Of a stretch of DNA of 64,000 nt, positions 38,811 through 50,405 are shown piece after piece. Source of the stretch: Leidyana gryllorum EB-2025a (taxonomy: Eukaryota; Protista; Apicomplexa); assembly GCA_048772705.1 (NCBI GenBank), contig JBLWGC010000140.1:124001-188000 (forward strand), read 5' to 3'. Each line of letters begins with the position of its first letter. Position 1 is the stretch's first letter. Under the pieces are notes generated by a model, which searched no databases, had not been told where the DNA came from, and saw only the letters and a program-made list of their open reading frames with translations. A program made the position numbers and the translations under genes.

Positions 38811-39350
38811 TCAAATTTTTGCATGGATAGATTGCACGAGGTCAAAAGCATCTGGTTCGACTTGTGGCTCGCTGACGAGGTCAATAAGACTGTGCAAGAC
38901 TTGAGTGTCAAGTTTAACACACCCGTGTTCGAGCCTCACGTCACCACGGTAAGTGATGTTAGACTTCTTGCCTCGCTCCGCTGATGTTGTACGCCTGTGG
39001 TGATTGCTGGGGACGCTCTCTATATCATCGTTTGTTTCATGGCTTAGATCTGACGATAGATAGGCAATGTCGATCACCTGGAGGACGATGCGATAGGGGC
39101 GGCTATGTCCCAAGTTGGCCAACGGTTCGAGGCTTTCGATGTGAATTTCATAGATCGCGGCGAAGGGTCGACCTATTGGCAAACCGTTTACCTCCTGCCG
39201 GACGATGTGAGTGTGGCTAAGGTGATCGACCTCGGGTCTGACGTGTACTTTCCTGTCAGGAATCCGCCAAGAAGCTGTCAGCTGTCCATGACGCAGTGAA
39301 GAACGCTTTGTTTGATGCGGTTGCGGTAGAGTACAGAGGGCCGAACGCAC
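38811..39350 (-). CDS. Hypothetical protein (5' exons unresolved, possibly to 39653)
   Basis: 179-codon protein-like ORF; no domain recognised. Confidence 0.45.
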   Translation of the reverse strand: MRSALCTLPQPHQTKRSSLRHGQLTASWRIPDRKVHVRPEVDHLSHTHIVRQEVNGLPIGRPFAAIYEIHIESLEPLANLGHSRPYRIVLQVIDIAYLSSDLSHETNDDIESVPSNHHRRTTSAERGKKSNITYRGDVRLEHGCVKLDTQVLHSLIDLVSEPQVEPDAFDLVQSIHAKI

Positions 39351-39651
39351 AATATTATCCCCACATGTCCTTGATGTACGCTGAACCCGGTGAGTGGACG
39401 CCGTCCCGGTGGATCCATTTGATGTGGTCTTTGGGGTGTCCGAATGAGTGGTAAAGCTTAGATCTGCTGCAGGGACTGTGGATAAGAAGGCTGCGATGGA
39501 GGTGATACATCAACGAATACTGGAGAAGGGATCGGTGCGTGGAAGAGTGACAGGTGTGAGATTGATGCACACACCTCTGAGCAACATATCAGAGTGGAGG
39601 ACGAAGGCTCGGTGGCCGTTCAACGAATAGAACTTTTTTTTGCATTGGACC

Positions 39652-40454
39652 ATGTCGGAACAACTAGCCATACCAAGTGCAAGCGAGTCGGGTGCAAGCC
39701 CCACTGCTGCAGCTGGTGATGGTGGCGGGTCACTGGAAACCTTACCAGACTGTTTGCAGGATCTCGAAGTCGTAGAGAAAGTTAATGCCATCAGTTCGGA
39801 TCAGCTACGGGAGAGTCTCGAGTAAGTTGTCATTACCCCACAGAGTCTTTGACGGCTGTGCAGACGGATGGTGACGGCTGAAACACTGCCTTCGTTGACC
39901 CGAGGTATCATTCGAGCGAATTTAGAGACAGAATATGACTTGCCAAAGGACGCTCTGTCCTTGCGGCGCAAGGAGATCAATGTGCTGATCAAAGCGCTCA
40001 TCTCAACCCCGCCCACCCCAGCCGCGGTGAAGCAACCGCCTGCGAAACGTGTCAAGACGCAACCGCCGCCATCGCCGAGCGCTGCCAGCGAAGTTGCCGA
40101 AAGCGACAGTGAAAGTGGTGAAGAGACTACAAAGAGCGCAAGCAGAACGACAAAGAGAGGCCTCCGCCATGCCCAGTCCTCCCTAATGACCAAATCCTAC
40201 TTTACATCCAAAGCTGCTGCCTTGGACTGTACCATGGGACCTCTCAAGTTTACTTTGAATCCACGCGAGTTCTCTACGGGTAGCTGTGGATGGTTTTATG
40301 GGAACAAACACGAGATGGAAGTCGGCGATCAAAAGGTCACGTGTCAATTCACCATCAATTGCACGGGTGAGTGTGTTGACAAAGTCAATTCCCCCACGTT
40401 CCCTCAGTTCTCGGCAGTAAAACTTGGGCAAAGGGCGATAAGAACGCCTCTTGA
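39652..40454 (+). CDS. DEK-C-like domain protein with C-terminal FSTGSxGW domain
   Basis: LTRGIIRANLETEYDL..RRKEINVLIK; PREFSTGSCGWFYGNK...QFTINCT|VLGSKTW (phase-1 intron 40367-40407). Confidence 0.75.
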
Positions 40455-41306
40455 TGTCACGAGAAAAATTTGGGATGTGGATGGAGGCTGATGGCGAATG
40501 GAGTTTGTTCGTATGCGGCTATGATCTTCCTGCCTTCACAACATATATAAAGTCGATCCCATTCAAGCTCAAGTTGGTTGAGCTGTTCAGATTGGACACT
40601 AACGACGAGACTTGGGCACCTGTGGATGACCAGGACCAAATCTGGTTCGATGACATCCTCAAAGCAGATTTCAACTTGACAAGCAATCCTGAACTCTTCG
40701 ATCTTTTGGACCGCGACAACCTCTCGTTAGAGTATGCAGCGGCTCGTGCGCAAAATAGTAAGTCTCTCTGTCAGGCCCATAGATCATCTCTATTGGTGGA
40801 CAGTTCTCGATGCTCAGTCACTGGATGTGACTCTGGAGGATCTCAAGGAGGCTATGGAGTCATTGATACAGTTCGGTCTCGGCGTGAAAAAGAAGAAAGT
40901 TGAATTTGTTGCAACTGCGGCTGACCGAGAACGAGCAGCAGTAGGGGAACCAATCGGATGTCGAGAGGCAGAGGAAGACGACGAAGCCCGACAGCAATCA
41001 GTTTCTTCTGCTGACTCGGCAAACCACCTCCAGCACGATCAGCTTCTCTCGGCTGTCGCCTCTCACTCCTTGGGGGGCGATGAGGCGGAACCCGAGAATG
41101 ACGATGATGATGGGGAGATCGAGGTGGAAGAAGAAGACGACGAGGGCGAGGATCAGGAAGTCGGCAACGCTGATGGCAATGACATCGGCAAAGGCAACGA
41201 CGACAGTGCCGATCAATGCACCCTAAATGCATCGCGAAGCAGTATGGTACAAACCCCAACAGTTGCCAGCGAGAAACCCAAACTGTCAATAATACGAGTT
41301 ACGTAG
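40454..41306 (+). CDS. Hypothetical protein with acidic C-terminus
   Basis: Two protein-like ORF segments joined by an intron at ~40733-40773. Confidence 0.6.
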
Positions 41307-41397
41307 GCCAGTCGGTGTCAAGTCTGGGGTACGCTCCCGACTTGACGCGTGCTTGTCGAAGTGAACATGATCATCGCCCGAGCCGTGTTACGCCGTG

Positions 41398-42447
41398 TCA
41401 GTGCCTCCACCTGAAAGAACCGCACATGTGTGGCCGGCCAGTGGGTCTCCAACATACCGTGTGGCTTCGCCATGTGCGGTCGCCAAGGTTGTAAAATTCA
41501 ACAAGGTGACTCTGGAAATCAGTCCCAGTCTTGATTTGGAGTGGATGATACTGACTTCTGTCGAGTATGAGTCGTGGGACAAGAGGGCGACACAACGTAG
41601 AAGAGGTGGGATTATGTGTGTTCATGAAGGACGGAAGTGGCTGCTCAAAGTCGTCTTTGTGCGAAGAGGACGAGGACGATTCTTCCTCATCGTCGTCAGC
41701 TGAGACAGTCGTAGTAGCAGTAGCGGTCGTATTTGTATCCTCCAGAGAATCATCTTTGGAGGAATCAACAGGAGGACGTGATCGATTAAGACTTCCAATT
41801 AATCGCAGTACCAAACGACCCAAGAGCTTCTGTCCAATGTAAGCGGGCAGGTTGATGATTCGGTCGGGTAGAAATGCTCCCGGAACGAGGAACTTGACCA
41901 CCTGATAGCCGGGTGTGCACACACGTGTGTGCTGCTTCCAGAGGGGAGATCATTACCTCGTTTGTGAAGTGGTTGCAGTTCCAATCCAAAAGGTGATAGT
42001 GAGCGGGTGTGAAGTTATCGGCGATACCAACGACGAATTTCTCAAAGTCGACTTTGGAACAGTCTGTGGACCCCATTAGGAGGCTTTCCCTCAATTGAAG
42101 ACCGAGAGCAGTTGTCACTGCACCGGGCTGGATCTTGTAAACTCCTCCTCCTGCAGACCAACTATTTCAAGGGCCGTGATCTACCACGAATACCACACGA
42201 TTAGCAATTCCAAGCTTACCATAAAAGTATTCGCGTCCATAGACTTCCACCCCCGTATGCCAGATCCCTTCAATTCGTTGGCCTATGATGAGGGGAGACC
42301 AGACCTTAGCTCTAGAGCACGACGCGAATGAATGTGTGTTGAAAGAAAGAACAGTTCTTACAGTCCATGACTAATGTCATAAACTCGAACGTAGACTGCA
42401 TGTCCAGAGAAGAACTGTTCTGGCCGCTGTCCGATGAGGGAATACAT
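41398..42447 (-). CDS. PPPDE/DESI deSUMOylating or deubiquitinating isopeptidase
   Basis: VRVYDISHG, GIWHTGVEVYGREYFYG (His) and YHLLDWNCNHFTNE (Cys). Confidence 0.92.
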
Positions 42448-42475
42448 CAGGCGAAAGGCCTTTTAAAGCCTAAAT

Positions 42476-44546
42476 ATGAAGTTTGGAATTATAGTAGTGG
42501 GCATCCTACTTGATGTGGCGGTTGGTCGAGTGGGCCGCAAAGAGGTCCACAGAACCCTTCCAGGTGCCACACCCCTGATATTCGCACCCGACTTACCTCT
42601 TTTATCTGGGCTGAAAGTGAAAGATGCTTCGTCCACCTTTTGGCACACCTATCAAGACATAGATATTCTACTCTTCCGGTAATCAGCGCCTGTTTCTTGT
42701 GTCAGATCACTTTGCGAATCGCTGTGGACAGACGAGTTCCAATTAGCGTGGCAGTGCCGCAAGAAGAGCTGCGTGCCGCCGGCGTGGATGGTAATGGAGT
42801 CGCCGTCGCAAATGAAATCCACGCTGTGCTGCCTTCTCAGCTCCCCGACCTCTGCAATTGAGAGTGGAGTTGGCGCTCGCCCCTCACGACGAAGATCTGG
42901 ATGAAACGCCGGTGATTCTAATTGAGCGAAAACGCTTTGGCGGTGCTCTGCATATCAGACACGGTAATCAATCGGCAGAGTCCCTCACAATTGTCCGTTA
43001 TTAGACTCTTCGAACTTTTGTGACTGGCTACATGCCCCGGACCCACGAACTACGGGTGTCACCATTGGAACTTCGTTGACACTGCAGCCGAGGAATAGCA
43101 AAACCGCCAACAAGCTGTCTAGTTGGCGGGGATCGGGAACAATCAGCGACGTGAGCACGCGATGGCAGCACACCGTGTCTCCTTCACACTGAAACACATG
43201 TCTTTCAGGATTTCGTAATGTACATTGGATTCGCGGGGGTGAAGAAAGAGGCCCGTCGAGTGGATTTTACCATTTCAGCTCACCTGGAACCAGTCACAGG
43301 TATGAAGGTTCCACCCGCCATAATGAATGAATTACAATTTAACACACGTCAGATCCTGGCTACCAACCGGCGTGTGCTGCATTCCAAAAGTTCGCCCAAC
43401 CTCCATCAGTGACTCATGCATTGAAGACAACGGCTGTACCGGGGCTGGGAGTGTTGGCTAAGGAATTTATTGTCCGGAAATGGACAGATCTCCCGAGTTC
43501 AGAAGACTTGGTACTTGAACCCTACCGTGATCGACTGGGACGGTACAGTGTGGATGTCAAGTTGGATGGAAGTAATGTATTGGCTTTGGGACTGGACATG
43601 CCGGGTCTGAGGCATGGGAGGAGCAGAGGCTCTGCAGCTCCGTATCCTATGTTATTGATATCTGGTCCACGTCCGGGTGAGGTTGATGTTCTGATTGGAA
43701 GTTACCATGCACAATCGGTTTGGGAACTCCAGCGGTATCATCAGTTCGCTAACACGAGCGTGGGGGCCTACGAGCCAACAAGCTGGGCAGTCCCTTTGCG
43801 AGGAATATTGCAGCATATGGAACAGCATGCTTCCGCTCTGGCGCCGCCAGGAAGCACGCTGTTGGTGTTGGTCTTGCCACGGGAGCCACATCCGATCCCA
43901 ATACATATCACCACCCTCCTCTTATCGTCACAACATACTGTGGGCGCTGCCCAGAAGGCCGGTGTGCATCTTGCTGGAGGGATTCACCCGCCCATATTGG
44001 TCACCGACAAGGATCAGAACCTCAAGGGCCATTCACACTTGATATTCGGGGGTATGAGAGCATATACGACGTTCGTACGGTCAGTGCTCTTCGCTGCCCT
44101 GGGTCTTGCAGCGGCCCTTGGCATAGCTAGAGCTTTCTGGATCCTTATGTCAGAAGTCGCTGCCCGTCATACCGGTAAGTCCACAAGGAAACATTCTGCG
44201 GCTCTCCACACCACGTGACCCTGCAGAAGGCCGGATAGCCAACTTGTCAAACTGTTTCGGAGCCGCCAGCAACACTGGAAACCGCGTGCTGGAGCGAAAG
44301 GCTCGATCTGTTGAAATCTCCTCGGTTCGGCCTCCACCCGCCTCCACAGGCTGGGATGAGTCCCAAGAGCGCATCCCGCTCTGCGCACCCCACAGCGAAC
44401 CTAATTCGAGCTCAGTGGTCGAAAGTCAAACCACACCACGCCACACCCACAACCATGGCCACACAGCCGATCACGATCACAGAACAAGCCATGATCATGC
44501 TGGTGACAGCCATGACTTTGACGCATTTGAGATCTCAAGTAACTGA
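42476..44546 (+). CDS. Hypothetical secreted / single-pass membrane protein, multi-exon
   Basis: Signal-like MKFGIIVVGILLDVAVG, TM segment VLFAALGLAAALGIARAFWIL and a His/Asp-rich tail. Confidence 0.6.
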
Positions 44547-44651
44547 AATTGTATCGATATATATATATATATAAGATCTGAATGCAGTATGTTGATACGT
44601 GAACGCACACAAATAAAAAGAAACACGATCATGTGGCGATGAATATAGAGA

Positions 44652-45482
44652 TCATTTAGTCACCGATCTCTGGAAGGACAATATGTCCGAAATCCCGCCA
44701 CTGGCTGTGGTATCCCTCGACGACCCTTTCTCGTCGCTCTCCAAACGCGCCGCCAAATCACGAAGCTCCTTCTGACCTGATCGTACTTGGGTCACCAAGT
44801 CAGATTGCTGACGACGCATCTCTGTCCTCCTCCTCATAGCCCGCTCTTTCTCGCGACTGATCTCCACGAAACAGTCTTGCTTGGATCTTGCGGTTTCGCG
44901 AATCTCAAGCTCGAGCGGCAATTCAAAGCTTTTGACGGGTCGGGGAGGTGGTCTCTCCTGAAAGTCACGCTTCCGCTTAGATGCCTCGGCCATCATCTTC
45001 AAGACATTAGGCGGAGGCGCGACCTTGTGGCGCGGCTTGGGGGCCGCGTTCGTCAATGCCCGATCGCCTGCTAGCTCACGAACATGATTCCCCTTTGGGG
45101 CCAAAAAGAATCCTGGGGCGACCACCTTTCCCTCCTCAAAAAGCTTGCGCACATTTATCTAGAAACGAACGAATGCCGAATCAGTGGTGCGGTGCCTCAC
45201 CTTTTTGATAAAGGGCGCGTATGCAACGGATATTTCGCTGTAGCTGTTGAATCCGATCATCCAACCGGATGGTATGTATCCTCGCTCCTCCGCAAATTCG
45301 TAGATTCGAACGACTTGCTCGAATAGAATGGTCTCCTCAGGGCCAACAGGTGCGTAGAGCCCTTCGATCAAAACAGCCGACTTGAGTCGGCGGCGGTATG
45401 GTGCTGACAATAGTGCCAACTTTGGGGCATTGCAGCGTTCCGCCAGCTGGACCAGGAGCTTGCTGAATGCAAATCTCACCAT
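44652..45482 (-). CDS. Hypothetical protein with basic coiled-coil tail (5' end unresolved)
   Basis: ORFs 45159-45482 and 44652-45152 are in frame and joined by a gtgagg...ttctag intron. Confidence 0.55.
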
Positions 45483-45852
45483 CGGGGCAACCTTGAAGCT
45501 TGGATGTCCTCTTACCTAATACGACGTTGTGTTGCTCGCAATATGCCCGAATAATTCCCGTAAATACGACCACCACACGTCATAGCACACGTGTGTGTCA
45601 GCATTATCCTCAACTACCCAAACCCACAGAGCTGGATTCCACTACGGATACCGGACGGCGGGCACCTCTTGAGTGACGCTTGCGGACCCAATAACAAGTC
45701 GCGAAGGGCGACCAGTGCATAACATGGGTGTGCAGATAGAATAGTTACAAGAAATAGTAGCGATGCAAGTGGTTTAGGGGATTGTATGGGCAGTAGGGAA
45801 GCATAGCATGCGCGTATGGTTACCATCATTCAGATCAAGAGTGACCTGCGCC

Positions 45853-46656
45853 CTAAACTACTGTGCGCTGCACGTCATCCGGATTTGTCCGAACCACTGC
45901 TGGATGCTCCACTCCATAAATTCTGGGGCGAAGGGCTCGTGGGCCCACGCCGTCGGCATCTTCAATCATGTGGTATGCATTCCCAGTCGTCGACTGCCAG
46001 TACTTTCCGTCACGTTTTGTGATCGTGTAGACGGCAGAAGAGCCCAATTGCAAGTCATTTTCATCGTGAAGCGAAAAGTAATGAGACCACCGGTCGCAGC
46101 CAGGCTGATAGGGAATGACTTCGTGTACCCGCACCCAACGGGTGAAGCGCTCTTGATTTCCCCCAGCTTTTCCGTTGGCTGGCATTTTGACTGCTTGGCA
46201 CACGGCCTTGTACGTTGACCCCATCTGGATCGCATTCTGTGGAACGAGGTCTACTTTCCCTTTTGCAAATGTATTAGTCATCTCCTGAAGAAGGTAAGTT
46301 GACAAGTTGGTCAAACAGCCAACCAAAGCATCTCTGCATTGAGGGGACATCTTGTGGACTTGGCTGGGATTCTCGAACCATCCGGGAAACAGGTGAATTG
46401 TGTGACGATCCTTTTGGTCCCTCCACGTCAAGTGATGTGACAGAAGCCTTTGTCCTATGTACTCCACCTCATTTCCAATGTCCATCAGTCGGGTCGGCCG
46501 AACAACTTCAGAGGCCACAATGGAATCGTGCAAACTCTCAGGGGTCAGTGACAGTAAAGAGAAGTTAGAAGATGATGCTACCAAGACGGTTTGGCAGAAT
46601 GGCTTTAGGTGGCTATCAGACCGGTTTCTTTGAACATTCTTGAGAAACTTGAACAT
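45853..46656 (-). CDS. Unknown tandem family, copy 1
   Basis: PFCQTVLVASS, ALVGCLTNLSTYLL, RWSHYFSL, SAVYTITKRDGKYWQS motifs shared with neighbours. Confidence 0.8.
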   Translation of the reverse strand: MFKFLKNVQRNRSDSHLKPFCQTVLVASSSNFSLLSLTPESLHDSIVASEVVRPTRLMDIGNEVEYIGQRLLSHHLTWRDQKDRHTIHLFPGWFENPSQVHKMSPQCRDALVGCLTNLSTYLLQEMTNTFAKGKVDLVPQNAIQMGSTYKAVCQAVKMPANGKAGGNQERFTRWVRVHEVIPYQPGCDRWSHYFSLHDENDLQLGSSAVYTITKRDGKYWQSTTGNAYHMIEDADGVGPRALRPRIYGVEHPAVVRTNPDDVQRTVV

Positions 46657-46780
46657 CACTGGTCGCTTGTGAGCCGAAAAATTCAGCTCGTACACAATAA
46701 TCTCACCACCTTATCAAGTGGGCTCCCTCCCTAATCTGCATTCCACAGCGGCCATCATCTATGCCGCGATACGATGGCCA

Positions 46781-46841
46781 GACACCGTGACTCACGGGGG
46801 TGTGGACACCGTGTCTCACGGGGGTATGGACACCGTGTCTC
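46781..46841. repeat. 24-bp tandem repeat x2.5 with internal palindrome
   Basis: GACACCGTG(A/T)CTCACGGGGGT(G/A)TG repeated; CCGTG..CACGG hairpin in each unit. Confidence 0.9.
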
Positions 46842-47081
46842 CTATATGCGAGTAACTACAAAAGATAGAAGTTTCGGACGCACACAGACAGCGTTTGCGG
46901 GCGTATATCAATGCAGAAAGGGGAACAGTCAGCGACTTGGAGTAATTCGAGCGGAAAGCAACGACCTTGAACTTCGCACACACCAAAAATGTTTCCTAAG
47001 CCCGACTGGATATTGATCACATGGCCTGGTTTGTTTTCGAGTGATTATTGACCACAGCCTGACGTCACTCATACCACCCGC

Positions 47082-47861
47082 TTACATTAGTGTGCAACAT
47101 CCGCCCACTGAACATAGTCGTGCAGCTTGTGCTTCCATTGATATATCTTCGGGCTGTGTGTCTACAAGACTCCCCGTCTGTGATTCCACGTTCTCACATG
47201 ACTTTGTGGCTTTCTTCTCACCGACCTTCTCCTGACTTTGTCGGTACTGCCCGTCGACCTTTGAGATCTTGTAGACAGAAGATAATTTGATTTTCCGGGT
47301 GCGGTTACGAGTCACTACGAATTGATACGACCACGAATCGGCATCGGGCTGATATTTAGTAACTTGTCTCAGAGCCACAGTGTACGTTGTTGGAAGACGC
47401 CGGTCGTCGCCGCTCGCACGATCAGTACATACGGCTCTGAATCTTGAGCCGAATCGCATCCCATCGTAAGGCACAAGCTCTATTTCGAAAGCTTTGGACC
47501 GCGGCTCAATTGTTCGCAGCAAGAAGCCGGCCATATTGCTTAAAGCATTATCCAGCGCGTCTCTCTCGTGATCTGAGAGGGCGTTGCCAGCCTCACGTTT
47601 GAAACACGCGGTTCTAAGTTTCACACACCTGCCCAGATGAGAGGTATACCAAGTAATCTTCTTGTTGCCGGTGAGTCTGTCACCGTGGAATGTGACTAGA
47701 CCTTCATTGCTCAACAAGTGACTTTGTAGGGGAACCAAGATGTCGTTCTGCACTGTCGTGGCCGATTGCAGGGGCAAAGATGCCAGAAGGAACGTATGGC
47801 CTAAGATGCCCACACCCATAGTGGGCTGACTGTGTGGTGACAGCTTTATACAACCGACCAT
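47082..47861 (-). CDS. Unknown tandem family, copy 2
   Basis: MVGCIK..LGHTFLLASLPLQSA, ALDNALSNMAGFLL, SWSYQF, SSVYKISKVDGQYRQS. Confidence 0.85.
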   Translation of the reverse strand: MVGCIKLSPHSQPTMGVGILGHTFLLASLPLQSATTVQNDILVPLQSHLLSNEGLVTFHGDRLTGNKKITWYTSHLGRCVKLRTACFKREAGNALSDHERDALDNALSNMAGFLLRTIEPRSKAFEIELVPYDGMRFGSRFRAVCTDRASGDDRRLPTTYTVALRQVTKYQPDADSWSYQFVVTRNRTRKIKLSSVYKISKVDGQYRQSQEKVGEKKATKSCENVESQTGSLVDTQPEDISMEAQAARLCSVGGCCTLM

Positions 47862-47969
47862 TAATCTGAAAGGGTAAAATTTTGATGGGCTGGAGTGTGG
47901 CCGACACCACGTATGTCACCACAATCAACTACCAATCTCCGTCGATGCAGTAGCGTATCCGACTATCAT

Positions 47970-48011
47970 TCAACGATCGTCATCACTCCTCAACGATCGT
48001 CATCACTCCTC
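47970..48011. repeat. 20-bp perfect tandem duplication
   Basis: TCAACGATCGTCATCACTCC x2. Confidence 0.9.
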
Positions 48012-48925
48012 TTTGATCGGAAAGGAGCGAAACCCCGGCCGGGACTACTTGCGCGCAAACCTCGTCAGGGGCCTGCCGAGCGAGACGCAAGCGCACACGA
48101 TCACACAGAATAACACGCGTGTAGAATGTATCCGCTCTCATCGTTCGACCGACGTGCCGCCACACCGGTGCTTTGTTGATTGCATTAGCATTGCCCAGAC
48201 GAAGACGCGATGTACCGGAACGATAAAATTTGACCGTCAGATTTTTGTGTTCCAGACCCACCAAGTCACCTCTTTAGTATTTCTGATCCATTGTCTGGAT
48301 GGTGAGGTTACAGGACTCTCTCAACATGACATTGTTGATATCGGATTGGCGAAGAGCAATAGTGCAATGAATGCTGTCGTCATCATAGCTTTGATCGGGC
48401 GACTGCCGACGGATGTGGACGATAAAGCCGGGTTCGTTGGGGGCCGCCCTCTAAATGGTACTTGCGGAGGTATCGGTGGGATCGGATCCATCCACACACT
48501 GGGTACGAGCTCGGCATTCGCGACACCTCCCGCGCTTTTGGATGGAATCAGTGTCTTGAGAGTTCTTACAGTATCTTCTAGACAAAAACTCATCAGCTCT
48601 GTCCGGTGATTGTGTCTTTGGGGCAACCCTTCGTGTGCCGTGCTATAACAATGGAGTTGTGGGCGACCGAGGCCCAACCCATTTCAGACTTCATCCCACA
48701 CAGGTCCTCGAGCAGACGGCGGGTTTGGGGGGTGACAGTCCTCCGGTGAGGAAAAGTATGAGTCTGCGGGTCGTTTGCGACGAGTAAACAGTCGTGAAGG
48801 AGGCAGAAGGGGGTGCCAATTGAGCTGTCTAATTGGCTCGTGAGATCTTTCGAGCCGGCTGGTTTCTCTTCGCTACAGCTGAGGTCGGCGCTTACTGGCG
48901 CGGACCCCCGGTGCCAATATATCAT
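47983..48925 (-). pseudogene. Degenerate, frameshifted family-like copy
   Basis: Fragments in different frames: LLHDCLLVANDPQT (resembles LCHTFLLASLPQS) and LMSFCLEDTVRTL (resembles CLDNL). Confidence 0.4.
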
Positions 48926-49381
48926 TCAACGTGCGGCCAACCGATACTTCAAGGACTCGGGTCACAGCGAGAGGTTTGAGGTCGACGGGGCGCGAGGTCG
49001 AGAAGGAGTCTTGTCGTTCTCTCCCGAAGCTATCCGCCCGCGGGGCCGACAATGACATGGCCGAAATTGCCTATAACCGAGGCCGTTCGCGTGCGCACAC
49101 TCACAAGAACACGATTACTGACTGGGGGAGAGAAACCTGAACCGGCCCAAAGATGTTACGATTGATGTTATTGTCCCGTCAAGAGAGTCCCGCGTGCCCC
49201 TCTCAGCCTGATGTGTCTACCAGCCAAAGGACACTGCGATATGCGCCTTCAAAGAGTTAAGTTCATGCAAAAAGCACTGCGGCACGCACACACACACATA
49301 TACATACATCGATTTTGTGGATCATTGAGTCATTGAAACGCTTCATTCCAAACAGAGTATCGCTACGGTTCTCGCACCTTT

Positions 49382-50089
49382 ATTTATTGGACGAGTTGTC
49401 TACAGTTTGTGTGTAGCCTCCTTGCGACCACTCGAGATAGTAGACGATACTATGGTCCCCTTTGAATCGGTTCGCCGAAGTTTGTAGGCCGAGCTGTCTG
49501 GATTCTTTTGATACGGCCCGTACTCAGTAATCTTCGGTGTGTACGTTTAATATGCCGACGTCAGCGGCGGGAAACCGGTCAACTCGCAGACAGAAGTCTC
49601 CACCATCCGTTGACTGGAAGAAATTCGCTTTCCCGGGATGGATTCGCAGATAAACGGGCGCATCAGAGCTGAATGCTCGGATGAGAAGTGTTGCCATGTT
49701 GGTTAGACAGCTCTCCATAGCAATTCGGAATTTGTGGTCTGTTAGATACTCAAGAGTCTTGCAGAAAGTCGAGATTAACCGTCACCACCGTTGTGGCGTT
49801 TGGGGAATGCCACGCCACCAGCTTCCCGAGGAGCGCATTGCCTTTGCACACATTTTTCGTCGTCTCTACTCCATCCTCCCTCCAAGGGCACTTCGAGCGC
49901 AGTTGCCCTCGACGGCGAACGAGGCGCCAGCCCATCGCGTTTGGTGGCTCCCGATGATTCGGGGTCGGTTCCTGCGGTCGTAGACAGAGCCAAGCTTTGA
50001 GGCAATGATGCCAAGAGCAATGTGTGGCACAAAGGACCGGTGGCCCAACCCTGCGGAGTTGGATGAATCTGCTTCACACACTGAACCGT
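49382..50089 (-). pseudogene. Unknown tandem family, pseudogene copy
   Basis: ACG-VQCVKQ (start lost), LCHTLLLASLPQSLAL, two frameshifts, AMESCLTNMATLL, an internal TGA, then SIVYYLEWSQGGYTQT. Confidence 0.8.
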
Positions 50090-50405
50090 TGAGTGTCGCA
50101 CTTGAAGTACTCAATCAGCCAGGATCGAATGCTTAGTTCGGTCCAGAATGGAAATTTCGAGTGCCGTTGTCGCAACAAGCCACCTATCTGAAAGAAATAC
50201 ACCACAAAGATGTGCCATTGGTGAATTGAGTGCCACCGGCACGGAGACGCGAACTTCACAAACACGCACACTTCCAGATAGGACTTTAGATGTTCTGTTG
50301 ATAAAGTGACGTCACCCAATGTAGAAAGCCAAAGTTTTTCGATGTTGTGGTCATCACCTTCGTCCTCTTTGATTGACCAGTGAACGGCAGTCTTCCGGTA
50401 GACTC

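Noticed and set aside
45153-45200. Stop-codon readthrough (TAG in frame between two ORFs)
   Set aside because: The TAG is the acceptor of a 42-nt gtgagg...ttctag intron.
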